Shown one piece after another: positions 36,713-46,941 of a DNA stretch of 64,000 bases. Position numbers and translations under genes: made by a program. How positions within the stretch are numbered: the stretch's first letter is position 1; every line of letters begins with the position of its first letter. Below the pieces are notes generated by a model that worked only from the letters and a program-made list of their open reading frames with translations, was not told the DNA's origin and made no database searches. The DNA comes from Nitrosopumilus sp. (GTDB lineage Archaea > Thermoproteota > Nitrososphaeria > Nitrososphaerales > Nitrosopumilaceae): contig OZ244651.1 in NCBI GenBank assembly GCA_965218695.1, positions 640,001-704,000 of the forward strand, written 5' to 3'.

Positions 36713-37720
36713 ATGGACGTTCTCTTACCCATACTTGTAACGGCCGGAGGGATCGCCGTACTGGTGTTTGGCGGCAATCTCTTGATTCGAGGGGCGGTGG
36801 GAATATCCCGTCTGGTCGGCCTGTCCGGGTTTGTAGTCGGCATGACGGTGGTTGCGTACGGCACGTCTGCGCCTGAACTGGCCGCAAGCATTGCCGCGCT
36901 GGATCCGCACCCGGGGATGGTATTGGGAAATGTCGCAGGCTCCAACGTGGCAAACGTGGGAATGGTTGCCGCCGTCGCACTGATACTGGGCGCAGGGTTT
37001 GGGAGATGGCGCAAATACAAAGAAGAGTTTCTCGTGGTAGTGGGCTGTTCTGCCGGGATCGTGCTTTTGGTGGCAGACGGTGACGTGTCTTTCTTTGACG
37101 GGGCAATCCTGCTTGCTGCAGCCGTCGCATCCACTACCATTCTTCTGCATCGCCACACCAAAAAGAGGGAGAAGGTCGTCGACATGCTTGCAGACAGGAC
37201 CACAACAGATACTGCCACAGGGGACGCCGTGGCAGACGGCGTAATATCTGACAACGAACCCCCGCGACGGAAAGGCGGTCTGGCGAAATCCATCCTGATG
37301 ACAGCCGGCGGCGCGGGCCTGCTGTGGGTAGGCGCCGTATTTGCCGTGAACGGGGCAGCATCGCTGGGAAGCCTTGCCGGCCTGTCGGATCACACCATTG
37401 GGATAACGGTCATAGCAGTCGGCACATCCCTTCCGGAACTTGTCACGACAATAATGGCTGTCAAGAAAAAAGAGTACGGCATCGGCCTTGGCAACGTCAT
37501 AGGATCCAACATCGCAAACATCCTGCTGATTGGCGGGGCAGCAGCACTTCTTTCAGGCGGACTTGCCGCAGGACCTGGCGTCTCGTGGGATCTTGCCATT
37601 GCCGCGGCATTTACCATCGTGTTTGTTGCCGCAACAATACTGGGGAAGATGTCACGCGTCTGGGGGCTTGTGTTTGTGGCAGCCTATGTTGCATGGCTGA
37701 CCATATCCCTGGTTGCCTGA
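36713..37720 (+). CDS. Ca2+/Na+ antiporter (YrbG family); duplicated start at 36641
   Basis: GTSAPE..GN..GSN and GTSLPE..GNVIGSN alpha repeats. Confidence 0.92.
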   Translation: MDVLLPILVTAGGIAVLVFGGNLLIRGAVGISRLVGLSGFVVGMTVVAYGTSAPELAASIAALDPHPGMVLGNVAGSNVANVGMVAAVALILGAGFGRWRKYKEEFLVVVGCSAGIVLLVADGDVSFFDGAILLAAAVASTTILLHRHTKKREKVVDMLADRTTTDTATGDAVADGVISDNEPPRRKGGLAKSILMTAGGAGLLWVGAVFAVNGAASLGSLAGLSDHTIGITVIAVGTSLPELVTTIMAVKKKEYGIGLGNVIGSNIANILLIGGAAALLSGGLAAGPGVSWDLAIAAAFTIVFVAATILGKMSRVWGLVFVAAYVAWLTISLVA

Positions 37721-37957
37721 TAGACAGAATCTGGGACTCTGCCGAAACCATACGCAAAATTCCACGGTACCGCACCATGGCAGCCATTGCCCCGTTTTCA
37801 TTCGTGCACACGGTGGTGGTGGTGGTGGTGTTGTTGTTGTTGTTGTTGAGCATGAATCTTTGACTGCAGGGCCAACATGCCGGTAGAGAGATTTGAAAGA
37901 AAGAGTCCAAGATTGCGCTCTAATGATTTTTAATGCGGGGTCTTGTTACGACGCGTG

Positions 37958-38617
37958 ATGAAACGCGTGATGGTCGCAGGTGCGCTTGCGGCCGTGGCTG
38001 TAACTACGGTGATCTTTGGCATAATGTATGCCGAGCAGGCAGATTCCAGATCCGTTGCCAGGATCGCGCTGGACTACAGGACGCCCCTTGGGGATTACGA
38101 GGTATTGCATGCCGACAAGTACGAGCTTGAATTGCCCGCCGACTGGCAGAGCCAGTCCTCGAACGTGTTGTCTGACTTGGAGACTGACGGGATAATCAGG
38201 GAAGCCACCGGAGGCAGGGTGCATGACAACAAGTTTTATGGGCATGCCGAGCCTGAATCGCTTGCGGATGGCGTCTTTCCGACTAACATCATGATACACA
38301 CGGCAGAGTCGGATTTGGCACAAGACGAATACGAGGGCGCGCTGCTTGACATAATGGCAGCATCCGAGACTCATTACGGCATAGACGTCAGGATCCTCGA
38401 CAGCAGATGGGGCGAATTGGGCGGGAGGCCTGCCATAACCATGGAATATACAATAGGCGACACGCAAGACTCCGACCTGCCGACCATCAAGGCCGTGGAG
38501 ACGATCACTGTCACTGGCTCCACCATGTATTCGATATCGTACGGGAGCGAGATTGATGGCTACTATGAAAACCTGCACCATTTTGATCATGCCGTCAAGA
38601 CGTTCAAATTCAGATAA
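37958..38617 (+). CDS. Membrane-anchored PsbP-like protein
   Basis: N-terminal TM, L.LP.DW, LGGRPA, F...VKTFKF. Confidence 0.7.
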   Translation: MKRVMVAGALAAVAVTTVIFGIMYAEQADSRSVARIALDYRTPLGDYEVLHADKYELELPADWQSQSSNVLSDLETDGIIREATGGRVHDNKFYGHAEPESLADGVFPTNIMIHTAESDLAQDEYEGALLDIMAASETHYGIDVRILDSRWGELGGRPAITMEYTIGDTQDSDLPTIKAVETITVTGSTMYSISYGSEIDGYYENLHHFDHAVKTFKFR

Positions 38618-38694
38618 TTCCAGTTGAGTACGAAACCATGCAGACCGCCGCATAATACAGAGAGCTTAAAAGAGTCAATCGTGATAGATGTGTA

Positions 38695-40002
38695 TTGCAG
38701 CAGATTGCTAGCATCCAGTCCCTAAGAGATGAGATTCTCGACCTGATGGCACGAAAGGGACTCGACGACAAGTGCTATGCGGAGATGCTGGACTATACCA
38801 TCAACCTGTTTGAGACCCGGGGGCTGGGAAAGATGTACTACGGGTACCACAACATCAACCACGAGCTGGAGGTGACGTACGTCTCGCTGCTCTCCACTGA
38901 GCAAAACGAGGTTCAGATAAGCAAGGAGGACGTAAAGTACATGTATGTCGCCGCCCTGCTGCACGACTTTGACCCGCAAAAGAACGTAGACAAGCCGCAC
39001 GAGGCCAGCGTCATAAGGTTCGTCGGCGTAGACGAGAAGCTGCAGGAGATGATGCAGGCAGCCGGGATTGACTTTGAGATAATCAAGGTGATGATTCTGA
39101 GGACCGGATACCCGTGGAGGGGCGAGTTGAAGAGCGATGCAGAAAAGCAGATAATGCAGTGCTTTGAGAGATCGAACATCCCCGAGGACAGGCAAAGGTA
39201 CATCATGGACATGGGTATGTGCCTGTCGGTGGCAGACAGGATCAGCGGGTATGCGATGGGAGACTTTACAAGATCGATGGAGCGGGCCAAGATGAACGCG
39301 CATGCAAACGCGATGAGGCCCTCGCTCATAGTGAGGAATACGGTGGCATACTTTGAGGAGCTCCTGGATACGGAGAAGAGGATGACAAAGGCCGTCCTCA
39401 GATGCCTTCCAAAGGCCATGAGGAAGAATTTTTTCAACGCGGTCCTGTCATTTATGAAGATAAGGGAGCAGGAGATCCTCATACAGGCAGACCACGCCTA
39501 CGAGAACCTCAAGCTTGTGCCCACCATAGAGATGATGGGCACGAGAAGGGATCCGAACTTTATCAAGACGCTTTATGACATATTCAAGGAGATCCCCACG
39601 CCGCTGCAGTTTGAAAAGGACAGGTTCGGCGAATCGGTCATGGATCCCAGGACCATTCTGAACACCCTGAGGCTCAATGACAAAAACGGCGTGATTGTGG
39701 GGTTTGCAAAGGGCGGCCCGCTGGAGAGGTACCAGATTCGGGAGGACGTAACAGACAAAAACCGCGGTCGCGGAAACACCGTGTTCCTGGAACCGCTGGT
39801 GCTCAAGATGGGATACTGGGGCCTCAGGGGCGGAAGCGAGATGAGGCACCTGTTCATCATGCAGGCCCAGTCCAAAAAATACCAGTACCTGACAAGTTTT
39901 GCGCTGCGCGACGTAATCCGGGCCCGGATGGAAAAGGAGAATGCAGAGTTTGTCCGGTATTGTGATCCGGAGAGATGGGATTACTATCGAGTCAGGGTCT
40001 AG
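38695..40002 (+). CDS. HD-domain protein
   Basis: YHN..H, ALLHDFD, SVADR. Confidence 0.85.
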   Translation: MQQIASIQSLRDEILDLMARKGLDDKCYAEMLDYTINLFETRGLGKMYYGYHNINHELEVTYVSLLSTEQNEVQISKEDVKYMYVAALLHDFDPQKNVDKPHEASVIRFVGVDEKLQEMMQAAGIDFEIIKVMILRTGYPWRGELKSDAEKQIMQCFERSNIPEDRQRYIMDMGMCLSVADRISGYAMGDFTRSMERAKMNAHANAMRPSLIVRNTVAYFEELLDTEKRMTKAVLRCLPKAMRKNFFNAVLSFMKIREQEILIQADHAYENLKLVPTIEMMGTRRDPNFIKTLYDIFKEIPTPLQFEKDRFGESVMDPRTILNTLRLNDKNGVIVGFAKGGPLERYQIREDVTDKNRGRGNTVFLEPLVLKMGYWGLRGGSEMRHLFIMQAQSKKYQYLTSFALRDVIRARMEKENAEFVRYCDPERWDYYRVRV

Positions 40003-40018
40003 GAGAGGGGGGAGACGC

Positions 40019-41410
40019 ATGAAGGGGACGGCCAAGGCGCTTGAGAGGGCGGTCCGCGGAGACGTGCTGGTGCAAGATGAGATGATGAATCTGTACTCTG
40101 TTGATGCAAGCATGTACCAGGTGGTTCCAGACGCGGTGGTCATTCCAAGGGACGAGGACGACGTCATCGGGGCGGTGAATGTGGCAGCAGAATCAAACCT
40201 GCCGGTAACCGTGCGCGGGGCAGGGACCGGACTCGTCGGAGGCGCGCTGAACAGGGGGATCATACTCGACATGAAAAATTTGGACAGGATCGGCCCTGGC
40301 GGGGTCGACGTGGGTGCGGGGGCCACCATCGGGCGCCTCGGTATGGTTCTGGAGGGCCAGGGAAGGTTCTTTGCCCCAAACCCGTCAGTCGGGGCATTCT
40401 GCTCCGTGGGGGGAATGATCGGGTGCAATGCAGGCGGGAGCAGGAGCCTCAAGTACGGCAGCATGATCGACAACGTTGCCCGGATCACGTTCATCGACGG
40501 GAGAGGCGACAGGGTGACGCTTCCGGACGATGAGGATGTGGGACGGAGCGTTCTTGGGATGGCATCCAAGATTCAGAGGGACAGGTTCCCCCGGGTGACA
40601 AAGAACGCCTCTGGGTACAGGCTGGATGCAGTAAGGGCGATTGGGGACTCCCACAGGATTCTCATCGGCTCGGAGGGGACGCTTGGGATAGTCACGTCAG
40701 CAGAACTCAAGATACGCGACATCCCGGAGTACCGGCTCCTTGTCGTGATGGGGTATGATTCCATCCGTGCCGCACTGCAGGACTGCAGCATCATTCGCAG
40801 GACGAACCCGGCGGCAATCGAGTTTGTGGACAGGGCGATACTTGCGCATATTGATGCCGGAATCGATCATGCCACAGAGTGTCTGCTGTTTGTAGAGTAC
40901 GATGAGGAGGGGCATCCAGAGCCAGAGACTGCAGGCAGGGTTGTTGCACGGACAGAAGACGATGCAGAGATTCTCAGATGGCAGAGGTACAGGGGCTCGG
41001 CGCTCCACTACAGCCTAAAGGATACAGGAAAAGCGTACAGGGTCCCCCACATCATCGAGGATGCAGCAGTTCCCCCCGAGAGGCTGCCGGACCTGTTTGC
41101 AGCACTCGAGGGAATCAACAAGAGGCATCATACCCGCACCATCACGTACGGGCATGCGGGGGACGCAAACATACACGTCCGTCTGATATCTGAGGGCAGC
41201 ATCGGGTCAGTCCAAGACATTGCAGGGGAGTACTTTGGGGAGATAGTCCGGCTTGGCGGAACCATGTCTGCAGAGCACGGGGACGGACTGGCGCGCTCCG
41301 GATTCGTCAGGATGCAGTACGGCGAAAGGAACTGCCAGGCGTTTGCAGACACAAAGCGGCTGTTTGATCCCAAGGGCATACTCAACCCGGGCAAGATAGT
41401 CACGGCGTAG
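40019..41410 (+). CDS. FAD-linked oxidase (GlcD/D-lactate dehydrogenase family)
   Basis: RGAGTGL.G, GSEGTLG, GHAGDAN.H, SAEHGDG, LNPGK. Confidence 0.92.
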   Translation: MKGTAKALERAVRGDVLVQDEMMNLYSVDASMYQVVPDAVVIPRDEDDVIGAVNVAAESNLPVTVRGAGTGLVGGALNRGIILDMKNLDRIGPGGVDVGAGATIGRLGMVLEGQGRFFAPNPSVGAFCSVGGMIGCNAGGSRSLKYGSMIDNVARITFIDGRGDRVTLPDDEDVGRSVLGMASKIQRDRFPRVTKNASGYRLDAVRAIGDSHRILIGSEGTLGIVTSAELKIRDIPEYRLLVVMGYDSIRAALQDCSIIRRTNPAAIEFVDRAILAHIDAGIDHATECLLFVEYDEEGHPEPETAGRVVARTEDDAEILRWQRYRGSALHYSLKDTGKAYRVPHIIEDAAVPPERLPDLFAALEGINKRHHTRTITYGHAGDANIHVRLISEGSIGSVQDIAGEYFGEIVRLGGTMSAEHGDGLARSGFVRMQYGERNCQAFADTKRLFDPKGILNPGKIVTA

Positions 41411-41933
41411 GCAGGAGGATGTCTCAGGCGGCTCAGGAGCGGGCCGCGCCGGTCCCTTTTACGCCGGGATTGTGCATGTGGCGCGTGCGGGGGTTGATCC
41501 TGCTGATTGCGCATGGGCGATGCCAGATGCCCCGAAAGGGCCCGGGCCGCGCCGGCAACCTGCATCCAAAGCTTGTCTGTTGGTAAAAAAAAATCAACAT
41601 GAGCCGCTAATAGCGCTGCAGGCGTCCTTTAACCATGACAATTGGATATTGTGTCAAATGTAGGGACAAGCGCAGCATGAGTAGTGCCAGGCCATATACC
41701 ATGAAGAATGGAAGGCCCGCAGTCAGAGGTACCTGTCCTGCATGCAGCACTACAATCTTTAGAATCGGCAGCGGATAATACCCGGGCATTTGCCTGCCTG
41801 TAAATCCATTCCGCAGCCGGAATGGCTCCAATCCTATTTCCCGTAAAATTTGTTTCTTCAGGGTATTTTTAGACACATGACAAGTTTGGACACCCAATAT
41901 TCTGCAGGCACTTCGGTTCTGTGGGGAGCGGTG

Positions 41934-42185
41934 CTAGTGCTGCCACTCGTCTGTAAATCCGTTCCACAGCCGGCGCATCGGGGAGGGATCCAGTCCTATC
42001 TCCTGCGTGATCCTGTTCTTTAAGACGAAGGCAAAGTTCTCAAGCGCGTCAACGCCTCCGTCGTCGTACAGTTCCCTGCCAATCTCGGTGATGCGCAGGT
42101 GTTTTTGTGCGACTTCTGGCGAGTCTGGGTTCTGTAGGCAGAACGTCATCAGGTCGATAAGCTCCTCTTCAAGCATGAAATCCAT
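41934..42185 (-). CDS. Conserved hypothetical protein
   Basis: MDFMLEEELIDL...GG.DALENF. Confidence 0.7.
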   Translation of the reverse strand: MDFMLEEELIDLMTFCLQNPDSPEVAQKHLRITEIGRELYDDGGVDALENFAFVLKNRITQEIGLDPSPMRRLWNGFTDEWQH

Positions 42186-42417
42186 TACAGATACGGTGTT
42201 TGGCTTGGATTTAGGTATTTGGGGTTTTGCGTGTTTTGGCACGGGACAGGTGCAATGGATGCGGCTGCCACGTCCGGATTGAGCCTCTGCCGGGGAATGC
42301 TGCCGGATGAACAGGCAAATCCGGCATGGTGGCGTGGTGTCCGGATTCCTTCACGGGTACGGCTGAGCGGCACGGCATGCCCGGAGATAGAATAAAAAAA
42401 AGTAGGTTAGGTTTCTC

Positions 42418-43680
42418 CTACTGGAACGGATCAATGAATGGGCAGTTGACGATATGGTCGCTGTCCATCGGACGGGCTACGTTGATGTTGATCAGCCCCT
42501 CCTCCTGGTGCGCCTGTATGTCGCCTATGCTCTCTAGAAGCAGTGCCTGTTCTGGGTTCTCCCACCCTACCATGAAGATTCTCCACATGGGGGAGTAGTT
42601 GATGTCGCCTGGGGCGCCGGATGCTATTCCCGGCTGGAATCCGAGCGGGCCGGAGCCCGTGATTCCGTTTCTGAACTGGAACAGGTCAACTGCGGCTGCA
42701 TTTGCAATCATGTTTGCAGAGGTTGGTGTGTAAACTACGCCCATGCCGCCTGCAGGTCCGCTTGGAGTGGCGTCCGTGACGATGTAGTATATTGTCCTGC
42801 CGTCAGGTCCCCATCCGCGGTGGGCGATGAACGTGACTGTCATCTCCTCGGTGTCGATGTCGAGCACCTGCCCTCCGCCGTACGGCGTGTCGTGTTCCAG
42901 ATTTTCAGCCTCATTTATCATCATCTGGCCTTCTGGCCATACGATGTGCGGCATGTTCATGATGACCGGAAGCTCGGACAGCGTAACTTCGCCGCCTTCG
43001 ACTGCATCCAGTACCGCAGCCTCCGAGTCAAGTACCCTCGGAACCGTGTCTGCATGCCACGTCACGTGTATGTGCGCAGTCAGCGCGCTGTATGTGTCTG
43101 TCTGTGCGGGGGTGCTCGTGAAGATCTCTCCTTGGAACCTATGCACGCCGTCGCCTTCGATGCCGTTGGTGAACAGGTATGTCGTTGAGAGCGCCTCCTC
43201 GGGGGCGTGCTTCAGCAGGGGAGCAAGTTCCACCTGCCATCCCTGGCTTGCGGTGACTATATCCGCATGCGTGGGATCACTGGAATCGGTGATGATGAAG
43301 TAAACCTCCTCACCGTCATAGTAGCCCTGGTGCATCGGGATCGTCGCCGGAACGTTTGCCCTTGAGAGCTTGAGCACGGAACCCGGGTCAGCCTCAACGG
43401 CATCCCCGGTCGTCTCCTCGACCACCTCTTCTGGCATCGGTTCGGTCATCATCTCGTCAGTTGCCTCATCGGGCACAGGAACCGGGTTCGAATAGGTGGA
43501 CACGCCAAGTTGTGCAATCCATGCATCCCTTCCTCCGGGGAAGTCAGAGCACAGCTGCAGTCCGCATATTTCTGCAGAGCCGGACGAGGCCGCCTCTGCG
43601 CCGGTATAGTCTGTTCCCAGCCCCGTTAGAAACAGGGGCAGCACCGCAAGAACTGCGATGTATTTAAGACTTGTAGTCAT
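42418..43680 (-). CDS. Secreted protein with two homologous domains (DUF7482-like)
   Basis: Signal peptide, ICG..LCSD.PGG, YFIITDSS / YYIVTDAT repeats, YSPMW, VNCP. Confidence 0.8.
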   Translation of the reverse strand: MTTSLKYIAVLAVLPLFLTGLGTDYTGAEAASSGSAEICGLQLCSDFPGGRDAWIAQLGVSTYSNPVPVPDEATDEMMTEPMPEEVVEETTGDAVEADPGSVLKLSRANVPATIPMHQGYYDGEEVYFIITDSSDPTHADIVTASQGWQVELAPLLKHAPEEALSTTYLFTNGIEGDGVHRFQGEIFTSTPAQTDTYSALTAHIHVTWHADTVPRVLDSEAAVLDAVEGGEVTLSELPVIMNMPHIVWPEGQMMINEAENLEHDTPYGGGQVLDIDTEEMTVTFIAHRGWGPDGRTIYYIVTDATPSGPAGGMGVVYTPTSANMIANAAAVDLFQFRNGITGSGPLGFQPGIASGAPGDINYSPMWRIFMVGWENPEQALLLESIGDIQAHQEEGLININVARPMDSDHIVNCPFIDPFQ

Positions 43681-43686
43681 GAGGTT

Positions 43687-45225
43687 GTATGAATTCACCT
43701 GCCCCTTATATCAGTCGACCAACTTCTTCGGCCACGCTCTTGCCATGTGCCCTCCACGTGAGGACGCACGTGACAAAATCTGCAAGGCGCTTCATGGCCT
43801 TGGAGCCGCCCTTGGTCTGCCCGCTTATCTTGCGGAACACCACCAGGTAGCGCAGCGCCCTCTCGCTGGCGTTGTTTGTAGGCTCGACGCCGGGATGCTC
43901 CAGGAACGCAAACATGCGGTGCAGGTGCCTCTCGAGCTTGTCCAGCACCTTTTGCATGTCGTCATCGTCACCACCACCACCGGCATCGCGGTACCGGTCA
44001 AGCACGTCCTGCATGGTGCGGTTCATCGTATGCCGCAGCTGTGGCGAGCGCGCCTCCTGCGCGGCCAGCAGTTTTGCCCTCTCAAACACCCACTTGTGGT
44101 CCTCGTGGAGCTGCTGCTGCCGCCGCCGGACACGTTTGGTCTCGGGAGGCACGGCGCAGTATTTTTCTGCCAGGTGCCTTGTCTGCCGGAGGTCGTGCGC
44201 CCAGCACGACTGGTGCATGCCGTCCTTGTCAAACCTGTCATATCCGGTGTACCCGTCAGTTATCGCCACCCCGTCAAATTTGTCCATGGCATCGAGCATG
44301 AGCGTGGCCCTGCTCTGGCTGATGTTTATTGCGATGTTTTTGCCCGACTGTGCCACGTTTGCGTGTACCTTCTGGCCGTCGTTTCGCCAGCTGGTTTCGT
44401 CAAACCCGGCACAGTCAGAAGCCTCCACTTCCCCGAGGATCCTGCCTGCCTCGTGGCCCGAGGCGTCCCCGACGCGTGCCATGATGTTGTTGACGGTGGA
44501 TCCTGCAAGCATAATGCCCGTTATGGAGCGCACCGCGACCGAGATTCCCTTGAGCGGCACCCGTGCCGCGCGCAGTTCTGAGACGAGTCCGACCATGCCC
44601 TTGCCGAAGTTGCCCCGCCGCGGCAGGTCGTTTGGAGCATCTTCCCTGCGGCCGCATGAGCCGCATACTGCAGTCTCCACGCGGTGCCGCGTCTCGCACG
44701 CAGTCACCCTGATGTCCGTGATGTCCCGCACGCGCGGACTGCCAATCGCCATCCGGCCGCCGCCGCACCCGCATTCCGGGAGCACCGGCACCCGCCTCCT
44801 GCCCGACTTCCTGCGCCCGAACCTGTGGGATACGGTCCTTTCCGGGTCGTGGGGGCGCGACGCCCCCGCGTGTCCCTTTCTTCCCCCGCGCTTGGATTTG
44901 CCCTCCTTTTCCTGTTTTTTTGCCCGCTCCCTCTTCTGGGCCTTCCATTCCAGGGATTCAGATGAGGGCGGCGTGTTGGGGTTTGTATAGTATGTCATGA
45001 GGCGTTCGCTGTACCCCAAGGCCCTTTCAAGACGTTCTATCCTGCCAAGTGCCTTCTCAAGATCGGATTTGAGGGTGGCAATCTCCCGGTTCCGTGCTAG
45101 GAGTTCCTCTTTTAGCTGGTCCCTGCTCATGTGCCGTGAATTTACCATGTAAAGTGATGTGTATTGCCAGCATATGGATCAGTATGATCATTTTTTTGTG
45201 ACAGGAAGGACAGGTGAATTCATAC
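43687..45225 (-). mobile_element. IS66-family element, copy 2 (transposase 43706..45148)
   Basis: Same TIRs as copy 1; 8-bp TSD ATGAGGTT. Confidence 0.95.
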
Positions 45226-45479
45226 ATGAGGTTCTCCTGCATCATCGGTTGGTGGCACAAATTCAGGATCTTCTCCAGATTTACTTGCCTGTTTTACGCA
45301 CCGTTATGCCATTCCCCATTAAATCATAATTCCTCTAGGGAGAATCTGCCAGTTGTGATGGATAATCCCAGTCATTGCCATGACATGCATTGATGGGACA
45401 TCCATCACGCCAAGGCCAGTCTGGGCTACGTGTGTCGCTGCCGTTGCTACAGCTGCCGTTGCTACTGCTGCTGCTGCGA

Positions 45480-46625
45480 CTACGCTGCTGCTGCAGCAGC
45501 TGCTGCATTACTGATGAGGGTGATCTGCTTGTCCGTTCCAGATATGACGATCCCTGCGGCCTCTGCGGGTGTAATTTTGCCAATGCCGCCATGGGGGCGG
45601 AAAAAGTTGTGGTGGACGATCATCAGCCGCACAAGCGCGGGACTTTCTGTCCCGAACTCGCGGGCGGTCTTGATGCGATCCTTGAATTCGCCGTTAAGCC
45701 TCTCGTGCTTGTTGTTATGACTGAAGCGGTTCTTCAGGTGAATCTCCCGGACGTGGATCAGCCTGAAGCCGTTGCGTCTCCAAAACGCCCTGCGGGCGGC
45801 AGGACAAAACGCCTGCAGGCCGTCTGTTACCAGCACCCACGGGGTGGTTCCGGCCAGATTCCTTGCGGCTGCAAACAGGGGGGCGGGTCTGTAGTTGAGT
45901 TTTGTCTCAGACACGTCATGGGACAGTATGAACCTGCTGGCGCCGTCCATGACGGCAAAAAGCCACCGCGCCTGCGCGCGAACCTTGAAATGTATCTCGT
46001 CGCAGTGCCACTTGTAGCTCGTGCGCGGCTGCAGCCGCCTTGAATATTCATCCATCAGCGTCGAATAATGTGCAGTCCACCTGTATATCGTGCTTGAATG
46101 CACGGTTGTTCCGTCCTGTGCCATCACTGCCTGCACCGCAGCGCAGGACAGCCCGTACGCTGCCTCCCTGAGTGCCCGGGATATCGCCTCTGGGCCGGCA
46201 TGGCGCTTCTTGAAGCCCGGCCGTCCGGAGAATGTCCGGCCGCACGGCTTACACCGGTACCGCCGGATCGGCCCGTACGCGTTGTGTCGGTGCCCGTTGC
46301 GTGCAAACACAGTCGACTTGCAATGGTGGCATGCAGTCTGAGGCATGCTAATGACAATTGTATTTTGGTTCCTGCACCGGTCCCACATCCGGCCAAGCAA
46401 CACGTCCACTGCCCGCACGTGCTTGCACAGGCCGTCACAATTGACGTAATGCTGGCACGCGCATACAAACCCGGCAGAGCCAAGAATCACCAGATACCAC
46501 AGTCCTGGAATAGACTGCGATGCCACATTCCATCGTCTGAGACTTGTCATCCTCACCTGCTTTGGGTCGTTGCTGATCACCTGTCCCTGCCTTGCCGCCG
46601 TTTTGGCGCGTTTTGCCCTGTTCAT
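45480..46625 (-). CDS. IS6-family transposase with SWIM and Zn-ribbon N-terminus
   Basis: CAC...CKH, CHHC...CKPC, WHCDE, VTDG, NNKHER. Confidence 0.9.
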   Translation of the reverse strand: MNRAKRAKTAARQGQVISNDPKQVRMTSLRRWNVASQSIPGLWYLVILGSAGFVCACQHYVNCDGLCKHVRAVDVLLGRMWDRCRNQNTIVISMPQTACHHCKSTVFARNGHRHNAYGPIRRYRCKPCGRTFSGRPGFKKRHAGPEAISRALREAAYGLSCAAVQAVMAQDGTTVHSSTIYRWTAHYSTLMDEYSRRLQPRTSYKWHCDEIHFKVRAQARWLFAVMDGASRFILSHDVSETKLNYRPAPLFAAARNLAGTTPWVLVTDGLQAFCPAARRAFWRRNGFRLIHVREIHLKNRFSHNNKHERLNGEFKDRIKTAREFGTESPALVRLMIVHHNFFRPHGGIGKITPAEAAGIVISGTDKQITLISNAAAAAAAA

Positions 46626-46696
46626 AAATAAACCAATTGGTATTATTACATAGATCTTTCTACCAGTCTTAAATAACAGGCAGCTAAAAAAAATTC

Positions 46697-46873
46697 ATGA
46701 CCCAGTGGGCCAAAGACGCCAAGGAATTTACCGTTTCTGTGATCAAAAACGAGAAGCGTCTGACAAACTACAGCTACATACCAAAACCGATACTTGAAAT
46801 GCTTGGCAATCCCGACAAACTAAAGTTTGTCATTTCCGGTGATGACATAATGGTGCGCAGGCCAGACGAGTGA
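46697..46873 (+). CDS. AbrB/SpoVT-like microprotein inside the IS6 element
   Basis: Hand translation MTQWAKDAKEFTVSV...YIPKPILEMLGNPDKLKFVISGDDIMVRRPDE*. Confidence 0.7.
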   Translation: MTQWAKDAKEFTVSVIKNEKRLTNYSYIPKPILEMLGNPDKLKFVISGDDIMVRRPDE

Positions 46874-46941
46874 ATCTGGAGAAGATCCTGATTTTGTGTC
46901 ACCAACCGATGATGCAGGAGAACCTAGTCATGATGAAAAAC

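Larger units (their letters stand above)
45230..46924 (-). mobile_element. IS6-family element with ~55-bp TIRs
   Basis: GGTTCTCCTGCATCATCGGTTGGTG... at both ends; TAGTCATGA duplicated at 43674-43682 and 46925-46933. Confidence 0.9.

Noticed and set aside
37811-37848. (GGT)n(GTT)n tract encoding poly-V/L or poly-N/T ORFs
   Set aside because: Intergenic microsatellite; the ORFs are low-complexity artefacts.
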